64,000 nucleotides of DNA from Candidatus Doudnabacteria bacterium (GCA_028286905.1 JAQBQP010000001.1:15114-79113); one strand, 5' to 3'; shown: positions 1 to 9,958, numbered from the stretch's first letter. Numbers and translations: made by a program. Notes: generated from the letters alone by a model not told the origin.

Positions 1-1100
1 ACCACTTTTAATTCTTTATATACGTAATTTTCTTGATTGATTTTGGCATGGTCAATAAATTGATCGATTAAGCCCAACGGGTATTTCATGTTCTTCAGCT
101 TTTTGTTTTTAATCGCTTTCTCCAGTTCTTTTATATAAGGGACTGGGTCTACCATCGGATACCCTCTGCCATGAAAATCTTTGATCTCGGTGCTGACTGG
201 TTTGGTAATACCTAAATTGTTATTTACTTCCCCAAGCATTTGGTAACAGCGTGCAAATAATTCTTGACGTTCTTTCCACGAACTTGAATGCACGATTTTT
301 TCCAACAAGGGTTGAAATTTCTTTGCAGAATCCAACTTCGAGAAAGCAGTCCCAAACCATTTGCGATATGGCGCGTACTTCTTTTCCATTAAGAAAACCA
401 TCTGCATAATCGTTTGAACCATGTGCCCAGCCAAAACCATCGAGCCTAGCTCATCCTCTTCCTCGCCGCTGCGCGCTTGAAAAGCAAGTTCATTAACTAT
501 TTTCCCCCATTGAACCCGCATCGCGTAAATCCAAATATCATTCGGATAATATTCAAATTTATTCCGCATTTTTTCTAGCTCATTCAAGCCATCGTAATAA
601 ATCTCTCCAGCGGTTATTTCTATCAAAGCCTGCTCTGGAAAAATTAACCAATCTTTAAATTCGATTTTATCATCTCTGTCAAAATATATGTAATGTCTTA
701 AAAAAGATTGAATCGTAAAAAATCGGAAGATGTGGTTAACTTCTCCGCTGGTAATAAATTCCGCCCGCTGCTTTAAATAAGCTTCTGGGTCTTCTTTTGA
801 AAAATTAGTTGAAAAGCCTTTGTAAGTATATGGCAGATTCTTACGCAACATTTTATTCACTAATGGCGCATACTTTCGAAAGTCTTTCTTTCGAAAAAAC
901 ATATTTAAATGCGGGCCCCAATTATGGTCCATTGATTTTGGAGTATCGAAGCCCAGAACGTCCGAACCATGGCCATTTAAAGCGGCAGAGTATTTTAAAT
1001 GCGGAAAGTGTTCTTTCATTAAAGGGCCAACTACATCAGCATAAAACATCCTATTCAACTCTAATCCCGGAATAAATTTCGTTGGGTTATTTTTGATCAT
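1..1100 (-). CDS. hypothetical protein, partial; C-terminus runs off the window start. Possible nucleotidyltransferase-like fold.
   Basis: Continuous minus-strand reading frame, hand-translated from ATG at 1100 with no stops down to position 1 (MIKNNPTKFIPGLELNRMFYADVVGPLMKEHFPHLKYSAALNGHGSDVLGFDT...). It is absent from the ORF track because no stop lies inside the window. The plus-strand ORF 809..1075 is its antisense shadow. Confidence 0.4.
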   Translation of the reverse strand, partial: MIKNNPTKFIPGLELNRMFYADVVGPLMKEHFPHLKYSAALNGHGSDVLGFDTPKSMDHNWGPHLNMFFRKKDFRKYAPLVNKMLRKNLPYTYKGFSTNFSKEDPEAYLKQRAEFITSGEVNHIFRFFTIQSFLRHYIYFDRDDKIEFKDWLIFPEQALIEITAGEIYYDGLNELEKMRNKFEYYPNDIWIYAMRVQWGKIVNELAFQARSGEEEDELGSMVLAGHMVQTIMQMVFLMEKKYAPYRKWFGTAFSKLDSAKKFQPLLEKIVHSSSWKERQELFARCYQMLGEVNNNLGITKPVSTEIKDFHGRGYPMVDPVPYIKELEKAIKNKKLKNMKYPLGLIDQFIDHAKINQENYVYKELKV

Positions 1101-2391
1101 AGTCGTTTGCTTTTAATGTTTTTAAGCTAATAACCCCGAACAGCGAAGTCATCTCCTGTGGCGACATCCCTCCGTGAATACCTAACTGGTTAAATTCATA
1201 ATCCTGAAAGTACTGATACCAAACATGGAACCCTTCTCTCGGCAAAATCATGACATTGCCGATTCGGCGTAAAAATTTTACAGCCGGATCATTTAAACCA
1301 AACAAGCCGCGTCGCAAAGCCTCAGCGCTAGAAAGCACTTCCGCTCGATCGCCCAACGTTGCCCTTAAGAACTCGATAACCTCTTCGACTTTATCGGGTT
1401 TAATAAAAAGAAAAACATCATGCGGCGATCCGGTGGGCGGAATTCGCTGGCCTTTTTTATTTTTTTGATAGCGCTCCTCCAAGAATTCAAAATTATTTAG
1501 ATAAATAATTTCTTCATCTCGAATACTTGCTAAGCCGTGATCCGCGGTAAAAGTTAATAAAGCATCATCACTCTTTTCAAAATTGATTTTTTCAACAAAA
1601 TCTTGCATTAAAACCTTAGAAAACTTTTGAACCTCGGCATGATGCTCTTTGCTTCCGGTTCCGTATTGGTGCTGGACGCTGTCAATTTTGGTCCAGTAAA
1701 CAAAGTAATACGCCGGACCCGATTCATTTTCTAATTTTTCTGTAAGTTTTTGCATCAAATCTTTTTCATCAACAAACTCAATCACCGTACTACCTTTCTT
1801 GACCATCTTTGAATACGCTCCTGATGAAATTTCTTCTTGAATAAAAGAAAAACATTTGACTCCATGTAATGCTAAACGTTCGTAAACCGTATCGCCGTTA
1901 TACAACATTTCGCCGGTTCCGCCTTGGCTCAACAAGCTGTCTCTGCCGTGGTCATGATGCGGACGGAATGGCAACGTTTCTATTAGCTGGTCCAACTCTT
2001 CAAAATAAACGGTCCATTCTAGCAAACCATGCTCCTGCGGAGTTAAGCCGGTATGAATGGTTGTTAAAGCGGCGGGGGTTGTAGACGGGAAAGTAGATGT
2101 GATCGGATAAACATTTCCGCGCTCTACGATCCGCTTGAAGAATTCCATTTCGGCATAGTTTTTAAAAAAATAATCATACCCGAACCCATCCAGCATAAAC
2201 AAAATTAATTTTTGGCTCTTCGGCAAATAATGTTTGGAGATCTGTTCAGGAAAAGCGGCGCGCTTCGTATCAATGCCAAACCAACGTAAAAAAGTGGGCA
2301 CTATTTCTGCGACCGAGTATTGCCCATAAGCCGGATACAAATGACCGGCGGCATCTGTAAAAAAATAGCTGCGATTGTTCTCGTGAATCAT
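1087..2391 (-). CDS. alkaline-phosphatase superfamily enzyme (type I phosphodiesterase / nucleotide pyrophosphatase family)
   Basis: 434 aa. Motifs LDGFGYDY (metal ligand), TFPSTTPAALTTIHTG (Thr/Ser nucleophile region) and ADHG, typical of PF01663-like phosphodiesterases. Confidence 0.65.
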   Translation of the reverse strand: MIHENNRSYFFTDAAGHLYPAYGQYSVAEIVPTFLRWFGIDTKRAAFPEQISKHYLPKSQKLILFMLDGFGYDYFFKNYAEMEFFKRIVERGNVYPITSTFPSTTPAALTTIHTGLTPQEHGLLEWTVYFEELDQLIETLPFRPHHDHGRDSLLSQGGTGEMLYNGDTVYERLALHGVKCFSFIQEEISSGAYSKMVKKGSTVIEFVDEKDLMQKLTEKLENESGPAYYFVYWTKIDSVQHQYGTGSKEHHAEVQKFSKVLMQDFVEKINFEKSDDALLTFTADHGLASIRDEEIIYLNNFEFLEERYQKNKKGQRIPPTGSPHDVFLFIKPDKVEEVIEFLRATLGDRAEVLSSAEALRRGLFGLNDPAVKFLRRIGNVMILPREGFHVWYQYFQDYEFNQLGIHGGMSPQEMTSLFGVISLKTLKANDYDQK

Positions 2392-2439
2392 ATTGCTATT
2401 CTATACAAGGTGTTTAGCAATACAATTGTATATTTTATA

Positions 2440-2476
2440 CAAAAACAAAAGCGCCTCGATTTTCAATCGAAGCGCT
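2440..2476 (-). terminator. rho-independent terminator downstream of the GH1-like gene
   Basis: Hairpin gcgcctcgat-tttca-atcgaagcgc (one G-U pair), followed in minus orientation by a T-run. Confidence 0.5.
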
Positions 2477-2503
2477 TCGCTCTATAGTTCTATCAAAACC
2501 TCC

Positions 2504-3919
2504 TTAGATATCGGGTATCGGAATTGACTGGTTCTTCTTGCGGCGATCTTCGCCATTTTCTCCATTGTTCGGCTGCTGCTGCCAGGCCTGATCGTTCCAC
2601 CCTCGGCCAGCCATCAGCCACCAGAAACCACGAATGCTCTTTGCGAGCAACGGCTCGAAAAGATACTGCGGCATTTCGGCGGGAGTCATCGTTCGATTTC
2701 CGATTGCGCTAACCACCTCGGTCATTATCGATACCTCGCGAGTCCGCAAATCGGGACTGAGGTGCACCAGTCCACCTGTTGGATCGCGACGCCGGCACCA
2801 ACGCATTGCGTAATGTGCCCAGGTCACCGAGTCGATCATCGGAAACAAGCAGACCATTCGGATATCCAAGCCGAGCCGTTCCAGATCTTCAACCCAGAGA
2901 AACATCAATTTCATCCAAGTCAGCCGAGCGAAGATCGTGCCGCGAATGTTGATCTCGGAAATCCAAATCGGCTTCCGACCGCAACGCTCCCAGTACTGTT
3001 GCGCAACTTGCACCATCCCAATCGGATTCGGACTTGGGGCGCGCGAGAACCGCTGATAGTACTTCCGTTCGGAATGGGAATAATAATCCAATCCCCAAAC
3101 CACGGTACCCTTCAGCTGGTGCTTTACGGCCCAGTCGATGAAATCCTCGCCGAAACCGAACTTTCGAAGATAGCCGTTATTCTGGCCGTTGCCGAGCACC
3201 AGGTCCATGAACAGAAACCGACGTTCATTCAGCTCCCATTCAAAACTCGGATTGTGCGGCGCCTGGTGATATTCACAGGTGTCGACCCACCAGATCTCTA
3301 CTTCAGGATCCACCCGTTGCAGATCTTCCGCGATCAGCAAAATCGACTTCACCACGATCTCCACCACTGGAAAGAGCTTGCTCTGCACTTCCAGTTTGGT
3401 TTTCTCCGGATCATCCCACCCCTTAACCGTCCAGAACGGCGGCCACTTCCCGAAATGCACTGACAAGAATGTGGTCGCAGTGGGCTCATTGAAAGGGGTG
3501 AACTTCTTCAGCCATGGGAATTCTTTTTTCAACGCCAACGCAAATTGGCGCGACGCTTCGACATAGCGCGGATCGGCAATTCCCAAAGTCATCCAACTTG
3601 GGTGACAAGTGTGATGGTTTAGGTCGATGATCGGATCCAAACCAAGCCGAAGAATTTCCAGCAGCTGTGCACGGACCGGTTCGAAATCAATCTCACCTTC
3701 CTTGCGTTCGCACTTCCACCACGGAATTCCGTAACGGATCAGCCGCATCCCCGCCGACTTTGCCAAAGCAAGGTCTTCGGGATACTTTGGCACAACCCCG
3801 TGCTTCACCGCCCAAGGACTTGGGCTGTGAAAGGTCAGGTCGGCGGTATCCACCTGCATTGGTTTGCGGTTGTGGTATAGCCGAGTGCTTTCGATCCCGG
3901 CGCCCAATGGTGCTCGCAT
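2504..3919 (-). CDS. glycoside hydrolase family 1-like (divergent beta-glucosidase/6-phospho-beta-glycosidase fold); high-GC gene
   Basis: 471 aa. GH1-like motifs RYGIPWWKCERKEGEIDF (cf. RFSISWSRI), FNEPTATT (cf. TLNEP acid/base) and WISEINI (cf. YITENG nucleophile). GGGGGAG SD lies 2 nt before the ATG. GC is about 57% against a ~38% backbone. Confidence 0.6.
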   Translation of the reverse strand: MRAPLGAGIESTRLYHNRKPMQVDTADLTFHSPSPWAVKHGVVPKYPEDLALAKSAGMRLIRYGIPWWKCERKEGEIDFEPVRAQLLEILRLGLDPIIDLNHHTCHPSWMTLGIADPRYVEASRQFALALKKEFPWLKKFTPFNEPTATTFLSVHFGKWPPFWTVKGWDDPEKTKLEVQSKLFPVVEIVVKSILLIAEDLQRVDPEVEIWWVDTCEYHQAPHNPSFEWELNERRFLFMDLVLGNGQNNGYLRKFGFGEDFIDWAVKHQLKGTVVWGLDYYSHSERKYYQRFSRAPSPNPIGMVQVAQQYWERCGRKPIWISEINIRGTIFARLTWMKLMFLWVEDLERLGLDIRMVCLFPMIDSVTWAHYAMRWCRRRDPTGGLVHLSPDLRTREVSIMTEVVSAIGNRTMTPAEMPQYLFEPLLAKSIRGFWWLMAGRGWNDQAWQQQPNNGENGEDRRKKNQSIPIPDI

Positions 3920-4032
3920 TGCTCCCCCTGATAAACGGTGTCTGTTGAAACATTTTCAGCCAAAAAAACTTCGACTGATTTTTGATAGTATCATTCGAAG
4001 CAATTATGGTCAATATGTAATTTTGTGCGAAT

Positions 4033-5025
4033 TTAAAACTGTTTTAAATCAAAGATCGCTAAACCGTATCTCCAGTACTTGGCCAAGTTTTTTGCAAAGG
4101 TTTCCCGAGCTTGATAAAAAAGCAGTAGGTCGCCTTCATAAACAAACCCTGCAGCATGGCCATTCTCACCTGAACCCCAAGAGTCTTGTTTTGGGTCCAT
4201 TATTGGACCGATACTTTCAAAAGGTCCTTCGGGCTTATCAGCAAGTGCAAAGAAAACCCGTTGCCTGGTACCCAATACACCTGTAGGCAAAAAACAAGTA
4301 GCATTTAACAAAATCTTTTTGTTTGGAAGCTCAATTAACTGTGGTCCTTCAATACCCCATTCATAGTCTGGATGATCATATTGGTTATGGTGCCAACTTA
4401 TATCCGCGTGATCTAAAATTTTCCCAGCACGTTCCCAAGGCCCAGCCCATTCATTAGTTTTGCTTTTTGCTAAATAAACATTCGGCTGAATAATAAACTT
4501 TCCTTGCCGGACAATCTCCGGCATCGCCGCATACACTAAATATTTTTGTCCTTGGATTACCGCCGGATGCGGATCGTATAAGCCAGCTTCATCTGTTTTG
4601 CGTCTGGAAAATAAGGTTGTGTTTCGCCAAACAAAAGTATCCCCGTCTGTCGAAGTTAAATATTCAATCGTGCCGCCTGGGCCCATAAATTCGGTCATAA
4701 TGAACATATGGAATAGTCCATTATCAAAAGTTACGCCAGGCGCAGCGACATGTTCTCCGCTAACTAAACCTAAAAATTTTACAGTACTATTTTCAATCCA
4801 AGGGCCTTCTGGTTTCAGCGCGGTGGCGTGCAATGGCTTCCACTTCTCTTCACGGACATTCCCCCCTGAACCAAATTTATGCCAAACCCGGCCATCAAAA
4901 ACCACACAAGGATCTTTAGTGTCCTCATAAAGTTTGGTTTGAATTAACGGTCCGATTTTCTTTTTGGCGATAATTTTTGTTTCGAGCATAGAAGCAATAT
5001 CTACGCTTAGTTTACCCCGATACAT
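4033..5025 (-). CDS. putative glycoside hydrolase, five-bladed beta-propeller type (GH43/GH130/DUF377-like)
   Basis: 330 aa. Composition and motifs (WGSGENGHA, repeated hydrophobic-Gly blades) resemble beta-propeller glycosidases. Adjacent to the GH1-like gene. Confidence 0.4.
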   Translation of the reverse strand: MYRGKLSVDIASMLETKIIAKKKIGPLIQTKLYEDTKDPCVVFDGRVWHKFGSGGNVREEKWKPLHATALKPEGPWIENSTVKFLGLVSGEHVAAPGVTFDNGLFHMFIMTEFMGPGGTIEYLTSTDGDTFVWRNTTLFSRRKTDEAGLYDPHPAVIQGQKYLVYAAMPEIVRQGKFIIQPNVYLAKSKTNEWAGPWERAGKILDHADISWHHNQYDHPDYEWGIEGPQLIELPNKKILLNATCFLPTGVLGTRQRVFFALADKPEGPFESIGPIMDPKQDSWGSGENGHAAGFVYEGDLLLFYQARETFAKNLAKYWRYGLAIFDLKQF

Positions 5026-5112
5026 TTGGCTTGGGAAGAACTTTTTCTTGTGGATACGCGAATAAATTAGACAAAATTAAACAGCAAAATTCGTTAAAAA
5101 TTACAGCCTAAG

Positions 5113-6369
5113 CTATTTTGTAGCTTCTTCAATTCTGTTTATTGCAACGATGTAGGCTGCGCTTCGGTAGGAAGTTTTATATTTAACTTTTGTTTCGTGC
5201 ACTGATTTCCATGCTGCGACCATTAAAGCGTCTAACTTTTTTAGAACGTCTTCCTTGGTCCAGCTTTCATTGTGCATGTTTTGATACCATTCGTAATAAC
5301 TTGTAGCCACTCCGCCGGAGTTAGCTAGAATATCTGGAATAACAACAATTTCTTTTTGTTCAAACAAGCGGTCAGCTTCAGGAGAAGTTGGACCGTTCGC
5401 TAATTCTAAAATTACTTTGGCTTTTACTCGAGCTGCGTTTTCCGCAGTAAGAACATTTTCAAACGCTGCTGGCACTAAAATTGATACGGGCAATTCCAAA
5501 AGCTGTTCATTGGTTATTTCTGTAGTTCCAGCTAATCCCCGCAAAGCACCGGTAGATTTTTTATGCGCCTCTGCAGCAGCAACGTCTATTCCCAATTCAC
5601 TGTACACGCCACCTTTACTATCTGACAAAGCTACAATTTTCAAATTCAATCCGGCAGTGCTTTCAGCAAAGTATGTTGCAACGTTTCCAAATCCTTGAAT
5701 AGCGACAGTTAAATTATCTTTCAGCTCTACGGCATGTTCCTTTAGTACTTCGCGCAAAACATAACCGCCGCCAAAACCAGTAGCTTCGGTGCGGCCTTGT
5801 GAACCGCCGTTTTCCAAGCTCTTACCGGTGAAAGTTGCTGGCGCTTTTGTACCGGTAATTTTTTCGTACTCATCGAGCATCCATCCCATTATCTTTCCAT
5901 TGGTATTTACATCCGGTGCTGGCACATCAAAGCTTGGGCCAATCACTGGATATATTTTCTTAACGTAACCGCGAGACAAGCGCTCTAGCTCTCCTTCTGA
6001 AAGCTCTTTTGGATCAACGATAATTCCACCTTTGCCGCCTCCAAACGGAACATTAACTACAGCATTTTTAAAAGTCATCCAAAAGCTCAACGCTCGCACT
6101 TCATCTAAGCTAACCTGCGGATGGAAACGAATCCCGCCTTTGTAGGGTCCACGCGCATTATTATGCTGCGCTCTAAAGCCTTGAAAAATCTTTTGAGTAC
6201 CATCATCCATTTTTAATGGAATGGTCACTTCGACATACCGATCTGGATATTTGATGGCTTCGATAAAATCAAGGTCCGTACCGGCAACTTTAGCAGCATC
6301 TTCAAGTTGAGAGATAGCTGTTTGAAAAGGATTGATGTTCATAATTTTATTTATAAAATTAAAACCCAA
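5113..6369 (-). CDS. gdhA: NAD(P)-dependent glutamate dehydrogenase
   Basis: 418 aa. Glu/Leu/Phe/Val dehydrogenase signature NVPFGGGKGG, with a Rossmann C-terminal half. Confidence 0.9.
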   Translation of the reverse strand: MGFNFINKIMNINPFQTAISQLEDAAKVAGTDLDFIEAIKYPDRYVEVTIPLKMDDGTQKIFQGFRAQHNNARGPYKGGIRFHPQVSLDEVRALSFWMTFKNAVVNVPFGGGKGGIIVDPKELSEGELERLSRGYVKKIYPVIGPSFDVPAPDVNTNGKIMGWMLDEYEKITGTKAPATFTGKSLENGGSQGRTEATGFGGGYVLREVLKEHAVELKDNLTVAIQGFGNVATYFAESTAGLNLKIVALSDSKGGVYSELGIDVAAAEAHKKSTGALRGLAGTTEITNEQLLELPVSILVPAAFENVLTAENAARVKAKVILELANGPTSPEADRLFEQKEIVVIPDILANSGGVATSYYEWYQNMHNESWTKEDVLKKLDALMVAAWKSVHETKVKYKTSYRSAAYIVAINRIEEATK

Positions 6370-6724
6370 ACGCCAAAGTCATAGCCGCAAAACCAACCCC
6401 TACCAAAGCAGAGCTCGCAACAATAGCTGCTGGGAAATTTCTTGATTGTCTTATTTTGTAAAATAACAACCCTTCGACCGCTGCTACCACTGCAAGATAG
6501 ATACCAATTTTGCTGCAAAAGCTCGATACTGTTCCAGGGGTCCTGCTAGCCCAAACAAGAAGTGAGCCTGTCACAAGTTGTAATCCCAAGCCAACGCCAA
6601 TATTGGCAGCAAAGGATTTTAGATTATTTAAACGGTTTTTCAAAACTGCCAGTAGCGCCGCTAGCATTAAAGCTGCTAGCCCCAAAGCGCCTGCAAGATG
6701 CAACACCAAGATTGTTTTAAGCAT
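6359..6724 (-). CDS. small integral membrane protein, hypothetical
   Basis: 121 aa, 3-4 predicted TM helices. Its stop overlaps the gdhA start by 11 nt. Confidence 0.3.
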   Translation of the reverse strand: MLKTILVLHLAGALGLAALMLAALLAVLKNRLNNLKSFAANIGVGLGLQLVTGSLLVWASRTPGTVSSFCSKIGIYLAVVAAVEGLLFYKIRQSRNFPAAIVASSALVGVGFAAMTLAFGF

Positions 6725-6780
6725 GTAATTAAATATTACGACTTAGTTCTTACTCATTATACCATGATTATTGAGCCGAT

Positions 6781-7170
6781 TTAAAAAGACAAGAATGGAT
6801 CAGGATATAAGTCTAGAATGCGACAAGACTTAATCTTGCCCTTGAGAGTTGTTGCGATGACCTCCGCATTGTCAGAAAATTCAGCAATTTTTTGCCTGCA
6901 TAGTGCGCAGGGATAAGCGGGTTCTTCAATATCTAGAACGATTAGCACTTTTGTAATTTTCTTTTCTCCGGCAGCAATCGCCGTATCGATTGCATTCGTT
7001 TCGCCATGAGTAGTATTTGTGAAAGCAACGCTTTCAACATTGCATCCGCTATAAATTTTCCCGCTCTCGCCTACTACTGCGGCCCCAACTTTAAAATGAG
7101 AGATTGGAGAATGGGCATTCTCTCGCACTTTTTTAGCAGCTTCAATTAATTCAATAGTTTGTGCGTCCAT
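6781..7170 (-). CDS. cdd: cytidine/deoxycytidylate deaminase family protein (cytidine deaminase size class)
   Basis: 129 aa. Zinc-ligand motifs HGE and PCALCRQ (the H/C-x-E ... PCxxC pattern). Confidence 0.7.
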   Translation of the reverse strand: MDAQTIELIEAAKKVRENAHSPISHFKVGAAVVGESGKIYSGCNVESVAFTNTTHGETNAIDTAIAAGEKKITKVLIVLDIEEPAYPCALCRQKIAEFSDNAEVIATTLKGKIKSCRILDLYPDPFLSF

Positions 7171-7177
7171 AAATATA

Positions 7178-7603
7178 TTAATTACTAGTCTTTATCATCG
7201 GTGGCTCCGGGTTGTAATCTGAATATCGCCACCAAGTTGGAACAAATTCTAGAAATATATTTTCCGGTTTATTTTCATATTTCTTTGAAGACGGGTATTT
7301 GGCATAATATATAGATTTAGCATTTTTTAATTCAGTCTCTTCCAAAACCGCTTTAATTTCACCGTCCATTTGAACAGTAATCCATTCATCTTCACTGAAG
7401 CCAACTACCACTGAAGCGCTCGTGCTTTTGCCATCTAACAAACCTTGGCACTTGCGGCTACTTCTCTCCGTGGAAAAAAACAATTTGAAAGGCGTGTCGC
7501 TGTGCGCGTAATGAATAGTTGCAGCGTGCACCCCATGGTCGGGCAAATTTACTGCCATCACGCTAATTCGATGTTCTGTTAAATATTTTAGTAATTCTTC
7601 CAT
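7178..7603 (-). CDS. pyridoxamine 5'-phosphate oxidase-like FMN-binding split-barrel protein
   Basis: 141 aa. Size and pattern fit the PNPOx-like / general stress protein 26 family. Weak assignment. Confidence 0.35.
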   Translation of the reverse strand: MEELLKYLTEHRISVMAVNLPDHGVHAATIHYAHSDTPFKLFFSTERSSRKCQGLLDGKSTSASVVVGFSEDEWITVQMDGEIKAVLEETELKNAKSIYYAKYPSSKKYENKPENIFLEFVPTWWRYSDYNPEPPMIKTSN

Positions 7604-7653
7604 AAATATATTATATCATTGAAACCTCGGTGAACCATAGCTTATTAACAGAG

Positions 7654-8205
7654 TTATACATCAGTCATATGATTCTGATTATAAACCAAAGTATCATAGC
7701 CCTGCATAACACGATCTTCTTTAGAGATCCCCAAAGCAGCTAAGAACTCAAACAACTTATCCTGTTCCTGCGTTTCAATATTTTCTTCAACTAGCTTTTC
7801 AACTTCTATAAAAGATCCCAGCCCTTCCACATCATCCAGACAAATCTCATAATCTTTATACTTAGATTTCTGTCGGGTCTTCAATACGTGTGCATACTCT
7901 TTATAACCCAACAAGTCTATAATATCGGCCATAACTGCCGAATCACTAACTGCGAGTTCTTTTTCTAAACAATCAAGCTCATTAGTAATACTGCGTTTCA
8001 AAGTAAACAAAGCTTTACCATTTTGTACTCTAATTCTTAAAACATTTCCCTGATGTGTCGCCAAACCAATATATTCGGGCAACATGTAAATTCTGTCAGA
8101 CTGCGCAATTGGTTCGTTGAAAACACAACCCAATGCTTTTATAGCCTTCATTGTTTTATTTCGATCTTGAAGCCTTGCTTTAACTTCTATTTCTCTCATG
8201 ATCAC
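7654..8205 (-). CDS. CYTH-domain protein (CyaB-like class IV adenylyl cyclase / triphosphate tunnel metalloenzyme)
   Basis: 183 aa. N-terminal EIEVKARL (ExExK tunnel motif) and later acidic motifs typical of CYTH. Confidence 0.65.
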   Translation of the reverse strand: MIMREIEVKARLQDRNKTMKAIKALGCVFNEPIAQSDRIYMLPEYIGLATHQGNVLRIRVQNGKALFTLKRSITNELDCLEKELAVSDSAVMADIIDLLGYKEYAHVLKTRQKSKYKDYEICLDDVEGLGSFIEVEKLVEENIETQEQDKLFEFLAALGISKEDRVMQGYDTLVYNQNHMTDV

Positions 8206-8270
8206 AGAATAACAAAAAAACGCCCTTTGAGCGATTTTTTGTTCTGAATATGAAGGTTCTTTGGCCTGGT

Positions 8271-8945
8271 CTAATTATAATAGATTATTTTCTTGCAATT
8301 TTTCGCTCCACAATTGCAAATAAATTTTTGAGGTGTTTTGGTACGGCTAGAGAAATCTGCAGTAAGCTCTTCTTCTGCTTTAATATCCTTTTTAGCCACC
8401 ATTATAAAATTATTCACTATCTTACAGTTGGCTGAACAAGAGTGATTTATAAAATCTGATGCATCCAATTCTGATTCTTTTGTTTCCGCCAAATAAAAAC
8501 CTGGATAAAGCTCTAAAGCATAATTAAAAGCAATGCTCTTTGGTAAAGTTTTAATCTCTTTTTTCGTTATAACACGCCCTCCCCAGACTGCCACAACGGA
8601 GCTTTTTTTGATTGTTTGAGCAGCAAAAAGTCCTAAGCCTTGGATCGAGCTGAATCTAGTTTTCGCATAATGGTGAACATACCCATGGACCCGGGGCTTG
8701 CGAGTAACTTGTCTAAGTATTTTATTCAAATTCATAAATTTCTGGACTTTTATATGTTTAAAAGATTTACTCCGTCTTTCAAAATGTGTACCCTTTCTTT
8801 TCCCTAATAAAACTTTATGGTCTTTGATCAACACCACTCCAACACCGACCTGAGGTCTATTTACTAAATCCATAGAAATGGTACCTAATAATCTTAAAAA
8901 ACAATTATCAATCCATTTTATCAAAGCATAACATAGGTCGCTCAA
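8271..8945 (-). CDS. SET-domain protein (putative protein lysine methyltransferase)
   Basis: 224 aa. GLGLFA (GxG), INHSCSANC (NHSCxPN), ELTADF (ELxxDY-like) and post-SET CNCGAKNCKK cysteine cluster. Confidence 0.7.
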   Translation of the reverse strand: MSDLCYALIKWIDNCFLRLLGTISMDLVNRPQVGVGVVLIKDHKVLLGKRKGTHFERRSKSFKHIKVQKFMNLNKILRQVTRKPRVHGYVHHYAKTRFSSIQGLGLFAAQTIKKSSVVAVWGGRVITKKEIKTLPKSIAFNYALELYPGFYLAETKESELDASDFINHSCSANCKIVNNFIMVAKKDIKAEEELTADFSSRTKTPQKFICNCGAKNCKKIIYYN

Positions 8946-9835
8946 AAATTATTTTTATTATTTAACCCTGCGATACTGGGCAATGCCGCTGCGACAATAA
9001 TCAATAGACCGCCTACTACTACACTAACTGTGAGCGATTCATTAAATATCCAAATACCAAAAATTATACTGAACACTATCTCCAACAAACCCAATAACGC
9101 ACCAATACTAGCATCAATGTATTTAAAACCTGCAATAACTAACCAGAATCCTAGCAAAGAAGCCACACTATAACATAGCTGCCAAAACCAGGGCATTGAA
9201 AAACTTAGGCTGATTTGACGTTCTTTAATTACCAACGAAACTATTAAGTTAGTAACGAGAATTATTCCCCAGCTCAAACAGACCACATACAGTGGCGAAT
9301 AATCGCCAGTGAGCTTTTTTGAAAATGCAATTTCGCCGCCACTAGCAATACCATTCAAAACAGCCATCGCTGCCGCGAAAGCAATAAAGTGAGAAATAGA
9401 AAAGGAAAAAATTAAATACATTCCTATTACAGCAAGGACTGCAGACCAGGATTTAATTGCAGTAAACTTTTCTTTAAGAAAGACAGCTCCGATTAAATTC
9501 ATTGTTAAAAACATCGAGACGAAAAATAGAAGTGAGGCCGTACCAATATCCATATGGTTAAAAGCATAAAACAATGGCGCCTGTGTTAGAGATGTAAAAA
9601 CTAAGAAGACAGCTACCCATTTTCTATCTTCGGGTTTTATTTCAACTATTTCTTTACGAATAAGTACAATTGGTGCAAGCAGAACTAAAATAATTAAAGC
9701 CCTGGTCCAACCTTGAAAGAAGCTATCCATTGAAGGACCAATCAAGCGCGACCACACCCCATAACTTCCAAACATCAATGCGGAAAGTAAAACTAGAAGG
9801 TTGCCGATATTTTTAGGCGATTTTTCCATATACAA
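8942..9835 (-). CDS. DMT-superfamily (EamA-like) transporter
   Basis: 297 aa. About 10 TM helices in two repeated halves. Confidence 0.55.
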   Translation of the reverse strand: MYMEKSPKNIGNLLVLLSALMFGSYGVWSRLIGPSMDSFFQGWTRALIILVLLAPIVLIRKEIVEIKPEDRKWVAVFLVFTSLTQAPLFYAFNHMDIGTASLLFFVSMFLTMNLIGAVFLKEKFTAIKSWSAVLAVIGMYLIFSFSISHFIAFAAAMAVLNGIASGGEIAFSKKLTGDYSPLYVVCLSWGIILVTNLIVSLVIKERQISLSFSMPWFWQLCYSVASLLGFWLVIAGFKYIDASIGALLGLLEIVFSIIFGIWIFNESLTVSVVVGGLLIIVAAALPSIAGLNNKNNF

Positions 9836-9958
9836 AGCATAACAGAACTAGCCGAAAGGTTCTAACCACGCATCAGGGATATAAAATCTTCCAGAATTTC
9901 TACCATAGTATGCATTATCTCTTTACTTGCAAAAGCCTTTCTTGTAAGCTATGCATCT

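Noticed and set aside
809-1075. 88-aa plus ORF at the window start
   Set aside because: It lies antisense to a long uninterrupted minus-strand reading frame (1..1100) that reads as a genuine protein. The track omits that frame only because its stop is outside the window.
2762-3463. 233-aa plus-strand ORF (and 2524..2712, 2889..3098, 3279..3566, 3667..3948, 3693..4013) overlapping the GH1-like gene
   Set aside because: Antisense or alternative-frame ORFs, typical of high-GC coding DNA. They show no SD and no domain-like sequence. The minus-strand GH1 frame has the conserved catalytic motifs.
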